A stretch of 64,000 nucleotides of DNA from Nitrospirota bacterium (GTDB lineage Bacteria > Nitrospirota > Nitrospiria > 2-01-FULL-66-17). The position numbers and the translations under genes are program-made. The stretch is taken from contig JBMOMC010000039.1 in assembly GCA_049325335.1 (NCBI GenBank), positions 1 through 64,000 of the forward strand, in the 5' to 3' direction. This document shows, piece by piece, positions 35,534 to 44,679 of the stretch. Positions within the stretch are counted from its first letter, which is position 1. Every line of letters begins with the position of its first letter. The notes beneath the pieces are model-generated. The model made no database searches, had not been told where the DNA came from, and saw only the letters and a list, made by a program, of their open reading frames with translations.

Positions 35534-36246
35534 ATGGTTTCTCCCGGTCGATGGTTGCCGTTGACATCTCCCGCCGTCTCGGGCGGGCGCCGGCCCCAGC
35601 GGTCGTAATACAGCACCGACTCCAGCGGCACGCGGCGCTCCCACCCCGCCGTCTCCAGCGTGGGCGCGTCCGGAAACCGGGTCACGTACCCCATGCACAG
35701 GTACGCGACGAGGACCACGTCGTCGGGAATGTCCAAAATGCGCGCGACGGCCGCCGGGTCGAGAATGCTCACCCAGCCCACGCCGATCCCCTCGGCGCGG
35801 GCAGCGAGCCAGAGGTTCTGGACGGCGCACACGGTGGAGTACAGATCCGTGTCCGGGATGCTATGGCGCCCCAGCACGTGCGGCCCGCGGCGCGAGCGGT
35901 CGCAGGTCACGGCCAGATTGACCGGCGCCTCTTCGATCGCTTCCAGCGTCAGTCGCTGATAGAGCAGCCGGCGCTCGCCCTCGTACACCGCCGCCGCAGC
36001 CTCGTTCGCCCGGAGGAACTGGGCCTTGACCCGACGCTTGACCTCGGGGTCGCGGATGACCAGAAAGTTCCAGGGCTGCATCAACCCCACCGAGCCGGCC
36101 TGGTGCGCGGCGCGCAGCACCCGGCGCAGCAGCTTGTCGGGGACTGGACCGGGGAGGAATTTGCGCATGTCGCGCCGCCGGTAAATGGCCTCGTAGACGC
36201 CCCGCCGCCAGAGCGGGGGGAAGGTGTTTGATTTCAGCTCGGCCAC
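35530..36246 (-). CDS. bluB: 5,6-dimethylbenzimidazole synthase
   Basis: RRDMRKF, SVGLMQPWNF, YSTVCAVQNLWLAARAEGIGVGWVSI. Confidence 0.92.
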   Translation of the reverse strand: MAELKSNTFPPLWRRGVYEAIYRRRDMRKFLPGPVPDKLLRRVLRAAHQAGSVGLMQPWNFLVIRDPEVKRRVKAQFLRANEAAAAVYEGERRLLYQRLTLEAIEEAPVNLAVTCDRSRRGPHVLGRHSIPDTDLYSTVCAVQNLWLAARAEGIGVGWVSILDPAAVARILDIPDDVVLVAYLCMGYVTRFPDAPTLETAGWERRVPLESVLYYDRWGRRPPETAGDVNGNHRPGETI

Positions 36247-36256
36247 GCCGACTCCG

Positions 36257-36841
36257 TCATTTGTCGATTCCGATCTGCGCAGGAATCCCCTTCTGGAATG
36301 GATGTTTGACGCAACGCATCTCGGTCACCAGATCGGCCCGCTCCACGAGTTCCTCCGGCGCCCCGCGGCCCGTCAGCACCAGGTGGAGCCGCCGGGGCCG
36401 CGCGTCCACCAGCGCGACGACATCCTCGACCGGGAGCAACTTCTTCTTGATCGTTACGTTGATCTCGTCCAGGATCACAACCTGATAGTTCCCGCCGGTC
36501 ACGGCTTCGCGGGCACGAGACAGCCCCTCGCGCGCCGCCGCGACGTGATCCTCGAACGTGGGCACGACGTCGCGACGCCAGGTGAACCCCTTGCCCACCC
36601 GCTCCACCGTGATCAGCGGCAGGGCCTTGGCGATCATCTCGATCTCCCCCGTGTCCATCTCGCCCTTGATGAACTGGACGACGTGGACGCGCAACCCGCG
36701 CCCCGCCGCACGCAAGGCCAGGCCGAACGCCGCCGTGGTCTTCCCCTTGCCGTCGCCGGTGTACACGAGGATGAGGCCGGGGGAATGGCGGTTCAAATCG
36801 TTCAAATCGTTCAAGTCGTTTAAGTCGTTCAAGTCGTTCAC
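36257..36841 (-). CDS. cobO: Cob(I)alamin adenosyltransferase (BtuR/CobO type)
   Basis: TGDGKGKTTAA, QFIKG, ILDEIN, LTGR, KHPF; GTG start overlaps cbiB stop. Confidence 0.93.
   Translation of the reverse strand: MNDLNDLNDLNDLNDLNRHSPGLILVYTGDGKGKTTAAFGLALRAAGRGLRVHVVQFIKGEMDTGEIEMIAKALPLITVERVGKGFTWRRDVVPTFEDHVAAAREGLSRAREAVTGGNYQVVILDEINVTIKKKLLPVEDVVALVDARPRRLHLVLTGRGAPEELVERADLVTEMRCVKHPFQKGIPAQIGIDK
36791..36840. repeat. 9-bp tandem repeat (~5.5 copies) encoding (NDL)5 at the CobO N-terminus
   Basis: GTTCAAATC GTTCAAATC GTTCAAGTC GTTTAAGTC GTTCAAGTC GTTCA. Confidence 0.9.
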
Positions 36842-37788
36842 GGGCCGCTCCAGAGTCGCGCCGAGGCGCAGACCACGAACACCAGGATCGTCGTCACGGC
36901 CATCACGCGGCACGACCGCGCGATATCGCCGCGCTCGACGGGACGCGTCGCGATCCCGATCGTGGGCGAGGGATAGTACGTCCCCCGGTACCAGTGTGGC
37001 CCGGCCAATTCGATCCCCAGCACGCCCGCCATCGCCGCCTCGGTAAGTCCCGAGTTGGGACTGTCGTGCTTACAGCCGTCCCGCCACGCCGCGGCCCAAC
37101 CCCTGCGGACCGACCCGCCGAGCGCGCCCCCCGCGAGGGGCATGAGGAGCGCCGTCAGGCGCGCGGGGACCAGGTTGGCCAGATCATCCAGCCGCGCCGA
37201 GGCCCAGCCGATGCGCGCATAGGGCTCCGTCTTGTACCCGACCAGGGAATCGAGCGTGTTGATCGCGCGATAGGCCATCGCGAGCGGGCCGCTCCCGAGG
37301 AGCGCGAAGCAGAGCGGCGCGGTCACGCCGTCCACCGTGTTCTCGGCCACGCTCTCGATCGTCGCCCGCGTCACGCCCTTCTCGTCCAGCGGCTCCACGT
37401 CCCGCCCCACCATCATCGCCACCCCGCGTTTCGCCTCGGCCAAGTCGCCGCGTCCCAGCGCGCCCGACACGCGCGCCGCGTGCTGCCACAGATCGCGGGG
37501 CGCAAACGACCAGTAGATCGCGAGCACCTCCACCGCACTCGAGGCCCACGCGTGGATCAGTCCCGCCAGGTGGATCGCGCCCCACGTCGCCGCGTACGTC
37601 CCGCCGACGACCCCGAGCGCCAGCGCGACGCCGGCGGCCCGCTCGCGCGACGGGTAGCGCGCGCGCAGGGCGCCCTCCGAGCGGGCGATGATCCGGCCAA
37701 AACCCCGCACGGGATGCGGCAGCCCACGAGGATCGCCGAGCGTGAGGTCGAGGGCCAGTGCGCACAGCACGAGGATGACGGTCTCCAT
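36838..37788 (-). CDS. cbiB: Adenosylcobinamide-phosphate synthase
   Basis: GDP..PHPV, ESVAENTVDG, INTLDS.VGY, SPNSG. Confidence 0.95.
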   Translation of the reverse strand: METVILVLCALALDLTLGDPRGLPHPVRGFGRIIARSEGALRARYPSRERAAGVALALGVVGGTYAATWGAIHLAGLIHAWASSAVEVLAIYWSFAPRDLWQHAARVSGALGRGDLAEAKRGVAMMVGRDVEPLDEKGVTRATIESVAENTVDGVTAPLCFALLGSGPLAMAYRAINTLDSLVGYKTEPYARIGWASARLDDLANLVPARLTALLMPLAGGALGGSVRRGWAAAWRDGCKHDSPNSGLTEAAMAGVLGIELAGPHWYRGTYYPSPTIGIATRPVERGDIARSCRVMAVTTILVFVVCASARLWSGP

Positions 37789-37803
37789 GTCGTCGAGCGG
37801 CGG

Positions 37804-39267
37804 TTACCCCCCCATGACCCGGTACACCGCGTCCATGTCCACCGCCGCCCGAACCGCCGTCGCGAGCCGATCCAGTTCGGCGTCCATGTCGTACCGCGCC
37901 TGGACGGCCCCCAGCGGCGCCAGATCCTTTCCCGCCCGCCACGAGTCGATCATCGCCCGCCGGAACTCGTCAGCGTCGAACACCCCGTGCAGGTAGGTTC
38001 CCCAGCACGCCGCACGCGCGACGCCGTCGTCGCGGCCGTCTTCTAAAACGAACAGCGGCTCGCTCGAATCGAGGCGGCGGCTTCGTCCGTGGTGGATCTC
38101 GTAGCCCGTCACGGCACAGCCGGTGGACCGGTGACGGCCCGCGACGCGCCGCAGCACCTTCTCCTCTTCCAGCACGGTCTCGACGGGAAGCAACTCCAGG
38201 CCCCCGGTGCGGCCATGCGCGCTTTCGATTCCGCCGGGGTCTTCGATCGTCCGGCCCATCAATTGGAGCCCGCCGCACAGGCCGATCACCGTGCCTCCCA
38301 CGGCGGCGTGGGCGCGAAGCTCCTCGGCCAGGCCGCACGCGCGCAACGCCGCGAGATCGGACGCCGCGTTCTTGGACCCCGGCAGGATCACCACGTCCGG
38401 GAGACCCAGCCGCTCCCCCGGGCGCACGAACCGGACGCGGACGTCCGGCTCGATCCGCAGCGGATCGACGTCGTTGAAGTTGCTGATGCGCGGGAGATCG
38501 ATCACGGCGATCGTCACCGACGACGGGAAATCGGCGTCGGCCGCGCGACCGCGGAGCGCCAGCGAGTCCTCGTCGGGCAGGCGCAGGCGATCCAGGTACG
38601 GGATCACCCCGAGCACCGGGCGGCCGGTGCGGCGCGCGACCGCGTCGAGGCCGGGATCAAGCAGCGATCGGCGACCGCGGAACTTGTTGATCAGCAGTCC
38701 CTTCACCCGCGCCGCGTGCGCGGCCGGCAGGAGCGCCAGCGTGCCCACCAACGCCGCGAAGACCCCGCCGGAGTCGATGTCGCCCACCAGGAGCACGGGC
38801 GCGTCGGCCATGTCGGCCACGCGCATATTCACGATCTCACGGTCCATGAGATTGATCTCGGCCGGGCTCCCGGCGCCCTCGATCACGATCACGTCGTGCT
38901 CGGCCGCGAGCGAGGCGTACGCGTCTTTGACGACCGGAAACAGCTCGGCCTTGGCGTCCAGGTACGCGTCGGCCGACAGCGTGCCGCGGACCTTGCCCAT
39001 CACGACCACCTGGCAGCCGTCCTCCGACGAGGGCTTGAGCAAGATGGGGTTCATCCGCGCGTCGGGCTCGATCCGGCAGGCCTGGGCCTGGAGCGCCTGG
39101 GCGCGGCTCATCTCCAAGCCGTCGCGCGTGACCGCCGCGTTCAACGCCATGTTCTGGGACTTGAACGGCGCGACGCGATAGCCGTCCTGAAGAAAAATCC
39201 TGCAGAGCGCGGCCGTCACGAGACTTTTGCCGACATTAGAACCTGTACCTTGAATCATCAGGTTCAC
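37804..39267 (-). CDS. cbiP: Cobyric acid synthase
   Basis: MIQGTGSNVGKS, PFKSQNM, EGAGSPAEINL, GYEIH, GTYLHG. Confidence 0.95.
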   Translation of the reverse strand: MNLMIQGTGSNVGKSLVTAALCRIFLQDGYRVAPFKSQNMALNAAVTRDGLEMSRAQALQAQACRIEPDARMNPILLKPSSEDGCQVVVMGKVRGTLSADAYLDAKAELFPVVKDAYASLAAEHDVIVIEGAGSPAEINLMDREIVNMRVADMADAPVLLVGDIDSGGVFAALVGTLALLPAAHAARVKGLLINKFRGRRSLLDPGLDAVARRTGRPVLGVIPYLDRLRLPDEDSLALRGRAADADFPSSVTIAVIDLPRISNFNDVDPLRIEPDVRVRFVRPGERLGLPDVVILPGSKNAASDLAALRACGLAEELRAHAAVGGTVIGLCGGLQLMGRTIEDPGGIESAHGRTGGLELLPVETVLEEEKVLRRVAGRHRSTGCAVTGYEIHHGRSRRLDSSEPLFVLEDGRDDGVARAACWGTYLHGVFDADEFRRAMIDSWRAGKDLAPLGAVQARYDMDAELDRLATAVRAAVDMDAVYRVMGG

Positions 39268-40019
39268 ACCGCGCCCCGCACGTGAAAGAAGGCCGCCCAG
39301 GTCAGGATCGCGATCACCTCCGCGCCCTCGCCCGCGGCACCGATCGTGTCGCCGGTCACGCCGCCCAGCCAGCGAGTCACCCCGCGGGCATACACGGTCA
39401 CCGTGGCCCCCACGACCGCAACCGCCGCGAGACCCGCCGGGCCCATCGCGGCGGCGGCAATGGCGAGCGTCGTCACCGTCGCCACCCACCAGGCCGCGCG
39501 GGTGGCGCCCTCGACAAACGCCTTGGCGGTCCCCTGCTCGCGCGCGTACGGTCGTCCGACCGTCGCGTGGACGTGCGCCCAGCGCCCCAGCACCGGCATC
39601 ACGAGCAGCGCGGGCGCGAGCGCGCGGGGCGGCAGCGCCGCCAGGCCAGCAATCTTCAGCCCCAGCACCGAGAACAGGGCCAGGCTGCCGTAGGTCCCGA
39701 TCGTCGAGCCCTTCATGATCCGCAGCGCGTCCTCGCGCGAGCGCGCGCCGCACGCGTCGGCGGTATCCGCCACGCCGTCGAGGTGCAGTCCGCCCGAGAA
39801 CCACGCCAAGAACAGCACGGCAAGCGTCGCCACCAGCGCGGCGGGAAACAGCCGGACGGCCGCCAGCGAGAACACCGCCAGCGCCGCGCCGAGCGCGAGC
39901 CCCACGAGGGGAAACGCGGCGAGCGAGCGCCCGCATGCCTCCCCGTTCGCGGCGCGCCCTCGGCGGCCCAGCGGGACCACGGTCAGAAACGCCCACGCGA
40001 CCAGCACGCGGTCCATCAC
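39264..40019 (-). CDS. cobS: Adenosylcobinamide-GDP ribazoletransferase (cobalamin synthase)
   Basis: [23 protein letters not shown]. Confidence 0.93.
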   Translation of the reverse strand: MMDRVLVAWAFLTVVPLGRRGRAANGEACGRSLAAFPLVGLALGAALAVFSLAAVRLFPAALVATLAVLFLAWFSGGLHLDGVADTADACGARSREDALRIMKGSTIGTYGSLALFSVLGLKIAGLAALPPRALAPALLVMPVLGRWAHVHATVGRPYAREQGTAKAFVEGATRAAWWVATVTTLAIAAAAMGPAGLAAVAVVGATVTVYARGVTRWLGGVTGDTIGAAGEGAEVIAILTWAAFFHVRGAV

Positions 40020-41071
40020 GGCGCGACGCGCTCCGACACCCCGGCCTCACCAAACGTCGCCATCTCGTTGAGAATCTTGACCGCCGCATCGAGCAGCCCG
40101 ATGGCCAGGGCCGCGCCGGTCCCCTCGCCGAGACGAAGGCCCAGATCCAAGACCGGCGCGAGCCCCAACCGATCGAGCGTCAGGCGATGCCCCGGTTCGA
40201 CCGATTGGTGCGACGCCAGGAGATAGCCGCCTAGCGAGGGTTCCAGGCCCGTGGCGATCAGCGCCGCGGCCCCCGAAATGAAGCCGTCGAGCACCACCGG
40301 CACGCGCCGGGCCGCCGCGCCCAGCATTACCCCGACCAGCGCCGCGATCTCCAGGCCGCCGAGTTTCGTCAAGACGTCCATAGGATCGTTCGCATCAGGA
40401 CGGTTGACGGTGATCGCGCGCTCGATCACCGAGACCTTCCGGGTCCAGACCACGTCGTCGATCCCGGTGCCGCGGCCGGTCACGTCCCGCGGGGCCGCGC
40501 CGGTCATCACCGCGGTGATCGCGCTGCTGGACGTGGTGTTGCCGATCCCCATCTCGCCCGCGCCGATCACGTCCACGCCCGCCGCAGCCAGTTCCTCGGC
40601 CAGCTCCACGCCCACCGCGACGGCGGCCTCGGCCTCCTCGCGGGTCATTGCGGGACCGATCGCCAGATTCGCCGTGCCGGGGCGGACCTTGCGGCGGCGC
40701 AAGCCCTCCAGCTCCGGAAACGCGTGCGCCACGCCCACGTCCACCACGACCACGTTCGCGCCGACGTGCCGCGCGAGCACGTTGATGCCCGCGCCGCCGC
40801 GCAGGAAGTTGTAGACCATCTGCGCGGTCACGTCGGACGGATACGCGCTCACACCCTCGATCGTCACGCCGTGATCCCCCGCAAACACCGCAACGGTCTT
40901 GCGCCGCAACGCGGGCGAAGTGGCGCCGCGCGCCGCGCCGTACCAGCGCGCCAATTCCTCCAACCGGCCCAGGCTGCCAAGCGGCTTAGTCAGCCGATCC
41001 AACCGCGCTCGCAACCCGTCCGCTATCAGGGAATCGGACGCGACCGTTTCGGTGACGATGCGTGATGTCAT
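40016..41071 (-). CDS. cobT: Nicotinate-nucleotide--DMB phosphoribosyltransferase
   Basis: [32 protein letters not shown]. Confidence 0.95.
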   Translation of the reverse strand: MTSRIVTETVASDSLIADGLRARLDRLTKPLGSLGRLEELARWYGAARGATSPALRRKTVAVFAGDHGVTIEGVSAYPSDVTAQMVYNFLRGGAGINVLARHVGANVVVVDVGVAHAFPELEGLRRRKVRPGTANLAIGPAMTREEAEAAVAVGVELAEELAAAGVDVIGAGEMGIGNTTSSSAITAVMTGAAPRDVTGRGTGIDDVVWTRKVSVIERAITVNRPDANDPMDVLTKLGGLEIAALVGVMLGAAARRVPVVLDGFISGAAALIATGLEPSLGGYLLASHQSVEPGHRLTLDRLGLAPVLDLGLRLGEGTGAALAIGLLDAAVKILNEMATFGEAGVSERVAP

Positions 41072-41622
41072 GACACTCCGATCGGTTTGAGTCGCCGCGC
41101 CAGTCCCGCGGTGACGATGTAGACGTCGTTGACCGCCTCGGCCACGGCCTGATTGACCAGCCCCTGCCAATCCCGGAACCGCCGCCCCAGGTGGGCGGCC
41201 GGGACGATGCCCATCCCCACTTCGTTGCTGACGACGATGACGCGCGCGCGCGACGCGGCGATCGACGCCGTCAGGCAATCGAGGCGGCGGGCAATCCCGG
41301 CATCGCCCTCTTCGCGCTCGATCAGATTGGAGAGCCAGAGGGTCAGGCAATCCGCCACGATCACGTCGTGTGTGCGGCTGAGCGCGTCCACGCACTCGCC
41401 CAGATCCAGCGGCTCTTCGATCGTCTCCCACGAGGCGGCCCGGCGCTCCCGGTGCGCCGACACCCGCTCCGCCATCTCCGCGTCGCCGAGATCGACCCGG
41501 CAGGTGGCGACAAAGGCGCGCCGGCCCGATGTCGCGCGGCCCATCTCCAGCGCCACCCGGCTCTTGCCGCTCCGCGCGCCGCCCAAGACCAGGGCCGTTC
41601 GTCCGAGCGACGTCTCGCTCAC
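41068..41622 (-). CDS. cobU: Adenosylcobinamide kinase/guanylyltransferase
   Basis: [28 protein letters not shown]. Confidence 0.95.
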   Translation of the reverse strand: MSETSLGRTALVLGGARSGKSRVALEMGRATSGRRAFVATCRVDLGDAEMAERVSAHRERRAASWETIEEPLDLGECVDALSRTHDVIVADCLTLWLSNLIEREEGDAGIARRLDCLTASIAASRARVIVVSNEVGMGIVPAAHLGRRFRDWQGLVNQAVAEAVNDVYIVTAGLARRLKPIGVS

Positions 41623-42470
41623 GCCGTCCCCACGCGGAGGCCCCCGCTCACCAGGCGAAACCGCCGGATGGGGGCTTCGCGGCGCGCCAGCTCGGCGATG
41701 CGCCGCGTCACCCGCTCGCGGTCGTACCCGCCCGGCGGAAGCATGAGACCAACCAGAGATCCGCTGTGCGCCACATTGACGCCGTACCCGCCCTCCTCGA
41801 GCGCGAGCCGCAGAAGCGGTTCGAGCGCGGGCTTGGACAAGATGTTTTGATGGCACAGCGCGCTGATCGTTGCGCCCTGACCGATGGACGCAGCGTCGCC
41901 AGCGGCCAGCCCCCGCCGCACCAGATCGAACGCGCGCAGGATCGACCCCGCCTGCTCGCGCGACACGGCGGCCGTGTCCCGCTCGTTGAACGCCACCGTG
42001 TCCACGGGCTCGCTCACCTCGACCGCCACCAACTCGACGGGCGGCGGCGATCCCCAACGCTCCAGCACGCTCCCGCGCCGGTGGTCGAACAGCGCGATGC
42101 CGTCGAACAGGACGCCGTCTGTGGGTTCCACGGCCAGCGCGGCGCGCGCGACGGCGCCGGCGTCCACCGTTCCACGCGCCATCGCCAGCCACAGTCCCAC
42201 GGCTGCCCCGATATCGGCCGTGCTGCTCGCCATCCCGATCGCGCGGGGGAGATCCGACCGCATCGACAGGCCCGCCAGAAACGCCGGCGATCCGCCCGCG
42301 GCGGCGAGCGCCCGCCGCACTTTCTCCCCGGGCCCGGCGCGGCGGGCCGCCGGTCGCCACGTCGCCCGCGCGTAGCGATCGACCGGACACGACACGTGCA
42401 GGCGCACGCCGTCGACGATGCCCTGCGCGAGTTCGCCGCAACTGCCCGGCACGCGCACCGTCAGGCCCAT
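41619..42470 (-). CDS. pduX: L-threonine kinase (GHMP family)
   Basis: [28 protein letters not shown]. Confidence 0.88.
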   Translation of the reverse strand: MGLTVRVPGSCGELAQGIVDGVRLHVSCPVDRYARATWRPAARRAGPGEKVRRALAAAGGSPAFLAGLSMRSDLPRAIGMASSTADIGAAVGLWLAMARGTVDAGAVARAALAVEPTDGVLFDGIALFDHRRGSVLERWGSPPPVELVAVEVSEPVDTVAFNERDTAAVSREQAGSILRAFDLVRRGLAAGDAASIGQGATISALCHQNILSKPALEPLLRLALEEGGYGVNVAHSGSLVGLMLPPGGYDRERVTRRIAELARREAPIRRFRLVSGGLRVGTA

Positions 42471-43498
42471 GCCGGATCCTTGACCGCCGCGGCAAGCGCC
42501 TCGACCAGCCGTCGATTGTCCGCTTCGGTGCGAACGGCGACTCGAATGTACGAGGGACCGAGGCCGTCAAAATCGGCGCAACTGCGAATCAGAATGCGAT
42601 CCTCGATCAGGCGGTCGCGGAGGGCGTCGGCGTGCAGGCCATCAGGCAGTCGGATCAGGATGAAATTGGCGCGCGACGCCACGGGATGAAACCCGGGGAG
42701 CGCGCCGAGCCGCTCCATCAGCCTCGCGCGTTCACGGCGGATCAACTCGGCGCCCGCGCGCGCGTGCCCGGCGTCATCGAGGAGCGCCTGTCCCGCCGCC
42801 AGCGCGAGCGCATTGACCGCCCACGGCTCCTTCAACCGCTCGACCCGGGCCATGAGCGCGGGCGCGCCGACCGCGTAGCCCAGGCGAAGGCCCGGCACGG
42901 CGTAGGTCTTGGTGAACGAACGGAGGACGATGACGTTGTCGGGCAGAGGCGCGGACAGAAGCGAGAAGGCCTCGGGCGCGTCGGAAAGATCGACGTACGC
43001 TTCATCCACGACGAAGAGCGTGGACGGTCGGTCGGCGGCGAGGGCGCGCACCGCGTCGGCATCGAGCGCCGTCCCCGTGGGATTATTGGGATTACACACG
43101 AACGCGAGATCGCCGCGGGAGCCCGCCGCGCGCCCGTCGGCAACGGCGGCGCCGGCCGCCAAGGCGGCCTCGGCGTAATCGCGATAGGTCGGCGGGTCGA
43201 CCAGCACGGTCCGGGGACGGAACACGCGGGGCAGCAGGAAGATGAACTCGGTCGATCCGTTGCCGATCAGGATGGAGTCGGTCGAGAGACCGTGCAGGCG
43301 AGCCAGGCCGCGCCGAAGCGCCCGGCATTCAATATCGGGGTACGCGGCGACGAGCGGGAACGTCGTCTGGAGGATGGCGCCGACTACCGGCGGGGGACCA
43401 AGGGGGTTGAGGCTGGCGCTGAAATCACAGACGGTGGCCGGCTCCCACCCGTACCGCGCTCGAATCGCTTCGAGATTGCCTCCGTGCCCGGTGTACAT
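42461..43498 (-). CDS. cobD: L-threonine-O-3-phosphate decarboxylase
   Basis: HGGN, DFSASLNPLG, CNPNNPTG, DEAY, RSFTKTYAVPGLRLGY. Confidence 0.92.
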   Translation of the reverse strand: MYTGHGGNLEAIRARYGWEPATVCDFSASLNPLGPPPVVGAILQTTFPLVAAYPDIECRALRRGLARLHGLSTDSILIGNGSTEFIFLLPRVFRPRTVLVDPPTYRDYAEAALAAGAAVADGRAAGSRGDLAFVCNPNNPTGTALDADAVRALAADRPSTLFVVDEAYVDLSDAPEAFSLLSAPLPDNVIVLRSFTKTYAVPGLRLGYAVGAPALMARVERLKEPWAVNALALAAGQALLDDAGHARAGAELIRRERARLMERLGALPGFHPVASRANFILIRLPDGLHADALRDRLIEDRILIRSCADFDGLGPSYIRVAVRTEADNRRLVEALAAAVKDPAWA

Positions 43499-43536
43499 CG
43501 CGCTCCCCTCGCGTGGTCCGCATCGGGGAGGCGTGA

Positions 43537-43575
43537 CAAAAAATCCTCAACGCCCGATGCGGGCATTGAGGATGG
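43537..43575 (-). terminator. Riboswitch-associated intrinsic terminator
   Basis: Minus strand ATCCTCAATGCCCG-CAT-CGGGCGTTGAGGAT followed by a T run. Confidence 0.85.
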
Positions 43576-43647
43576 CACCCTGCTTCTTGATCCTCAAACG
43601 ATATGGTCACCACGCATGAGCCCAGATCCGGGGCGTGCGGGACCGCG

Positions 43648-43832
43648 CTTGGGGGAGGTCTTCTGACTCACGGATCACCCTACTCCCCCGGCCTTCCCGC
43701 TCCATCGAGCAGTGGCCTGATCGGATCGCGCTCGCGACCCTAGGGGTTTCGTCCCCGTTCACAGCGGCGGGACCGTCCCGGATTCTGACCGGGTTCCCTT
43801 TTAAGTCCCCCTCAGGGGACACCCGAAGCAGG
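43648..43832 (-). ncRNA. Cobalamin riboswitch
   Basis: Minus strand AAAAGGGAACCCGGTCAGAATCCGGGACGGTCCCGCCGCTGTGA...GCCACTG...GGGAAGGC...GAGTCAGAAGACCT (B12 box), upstream of cobD. Confidence 0.95.
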
Positions 43833-43836
43833 GGCA

Positions 43837-43866
43837 ACCATACTCCTAATAGCAACCGCGTGTCAA
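43837..43866 (-). promoter_or_regulatory. Promoter of the cobalamin operon
   Basis: TTGACA-18 nt-TATGGT directly upstream of the riboswitch. Confidence 0.6.
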
Positions 43867-43935
43867 GGTCAACAAATTCGGTCGCGAAAAAGCTGGGGTC
43901 ATCAACTGACTACAAGAGCTACTTGGGACTGTCTT

Positions 43936-44295
43936 TCAATTGGCATAGTGCGCGAACGCTTTCACGACTTTGTGATCCGGGCCAAAGTGAAACACCTCGG
44001 CGGCGAGTCGGCCGCGCGTGCCCTTGTAGTAGAGCGTCGCACTATTCACCCCGACCAAGGTCGTGATCAGCTCAAAACGCAGATCTGGAATAAGCTGTAG
44101 TGCCTTTGCCCAGTATGCCCCAACCTGATCCTTGCCTTTCAGCGTTCCTGACGGTTCACCGGCAATCGCCACGATGACTGGCGAGGACATCTCAAAATCC
44201 TCAGCGTAGTGCGAGAGAATGCGGCTCAGATCATGGCTGTTCCATGCCCCGATCCATTCTTCCGCGAAATGCCGAGCGAACGTGTTGTCGATCAT
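43936..44295 (-). CDS. SnoaL-like/NTF2 family protein
   Basis: FAEEWIGAWNSHDL..ILSHYAEDFEMSSP. Confidence 0.85.
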   Translation of the reverse strand: MIDNTFARHFAEEWIGAWNSHDLSRILSHYAEDFEMSSPVIVAIAGEPSGTLKGKDQVGAYWAKALQLIPDLRFELITTLVGVNSATLYYKGTRGRLAAEVFHFGPDHKVVKAFAHYAN

Positions 44296-44369
44296 ACCCT
44301 TCTCTCCCTACCCCACAACACGGGTTGAGCGCCCGCCAGGACGACCCGAGCCGGAGGCGGCGTCATCTC

Positions 44370-44656
44370 TCACACAGTGACAACGAGATCAACCGCTAGG
44401 TACCGGACCCCTTGTAAAGGGTTGGGATAATAGCTTTTGATCTCACGAAACCCGAGCGACTCGTACAGCGACTGCGCTTCGGTCATACCCGGTAACGTAT
44501 CCAGCACCATTCTGCGATAACCAAGCCCTCGTGCGCGCGCGAGCGCCGCCACGGCCAACGACCGCCCGAAACTACACCCAACAAGGCCGCATACTCTTCA
44601 ATCAGCGCTCGGCCGCGTGAATAGTCTTCTGCGGTCGTTGCCTCAGTGATCGTCAC
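44370..44656 (-). pseudogene. GNAT acetyltransferase with internal deletion and frameshift
   Basis: N-terminus (ALIEEYAALLGV) and C-terminus (GYRRMVLDTLPGMTEAQSLYESLGF) lie in different frames and the central acetyl-CoA motif is missing. Confidence 0.7.
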
Positions 44657-44679
44657 AGATGACTCAACCGCTGAACAAT

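Noticed and set aside
14148..43666. Many long plus-strand ORFs (e.g. 14148-15539, 17004-18437, 38089-39285)
   Set aside because: Antisense shadows of well-supported minus-strand genes in high-GC DNA; Arg/Pro-rich with no motifs
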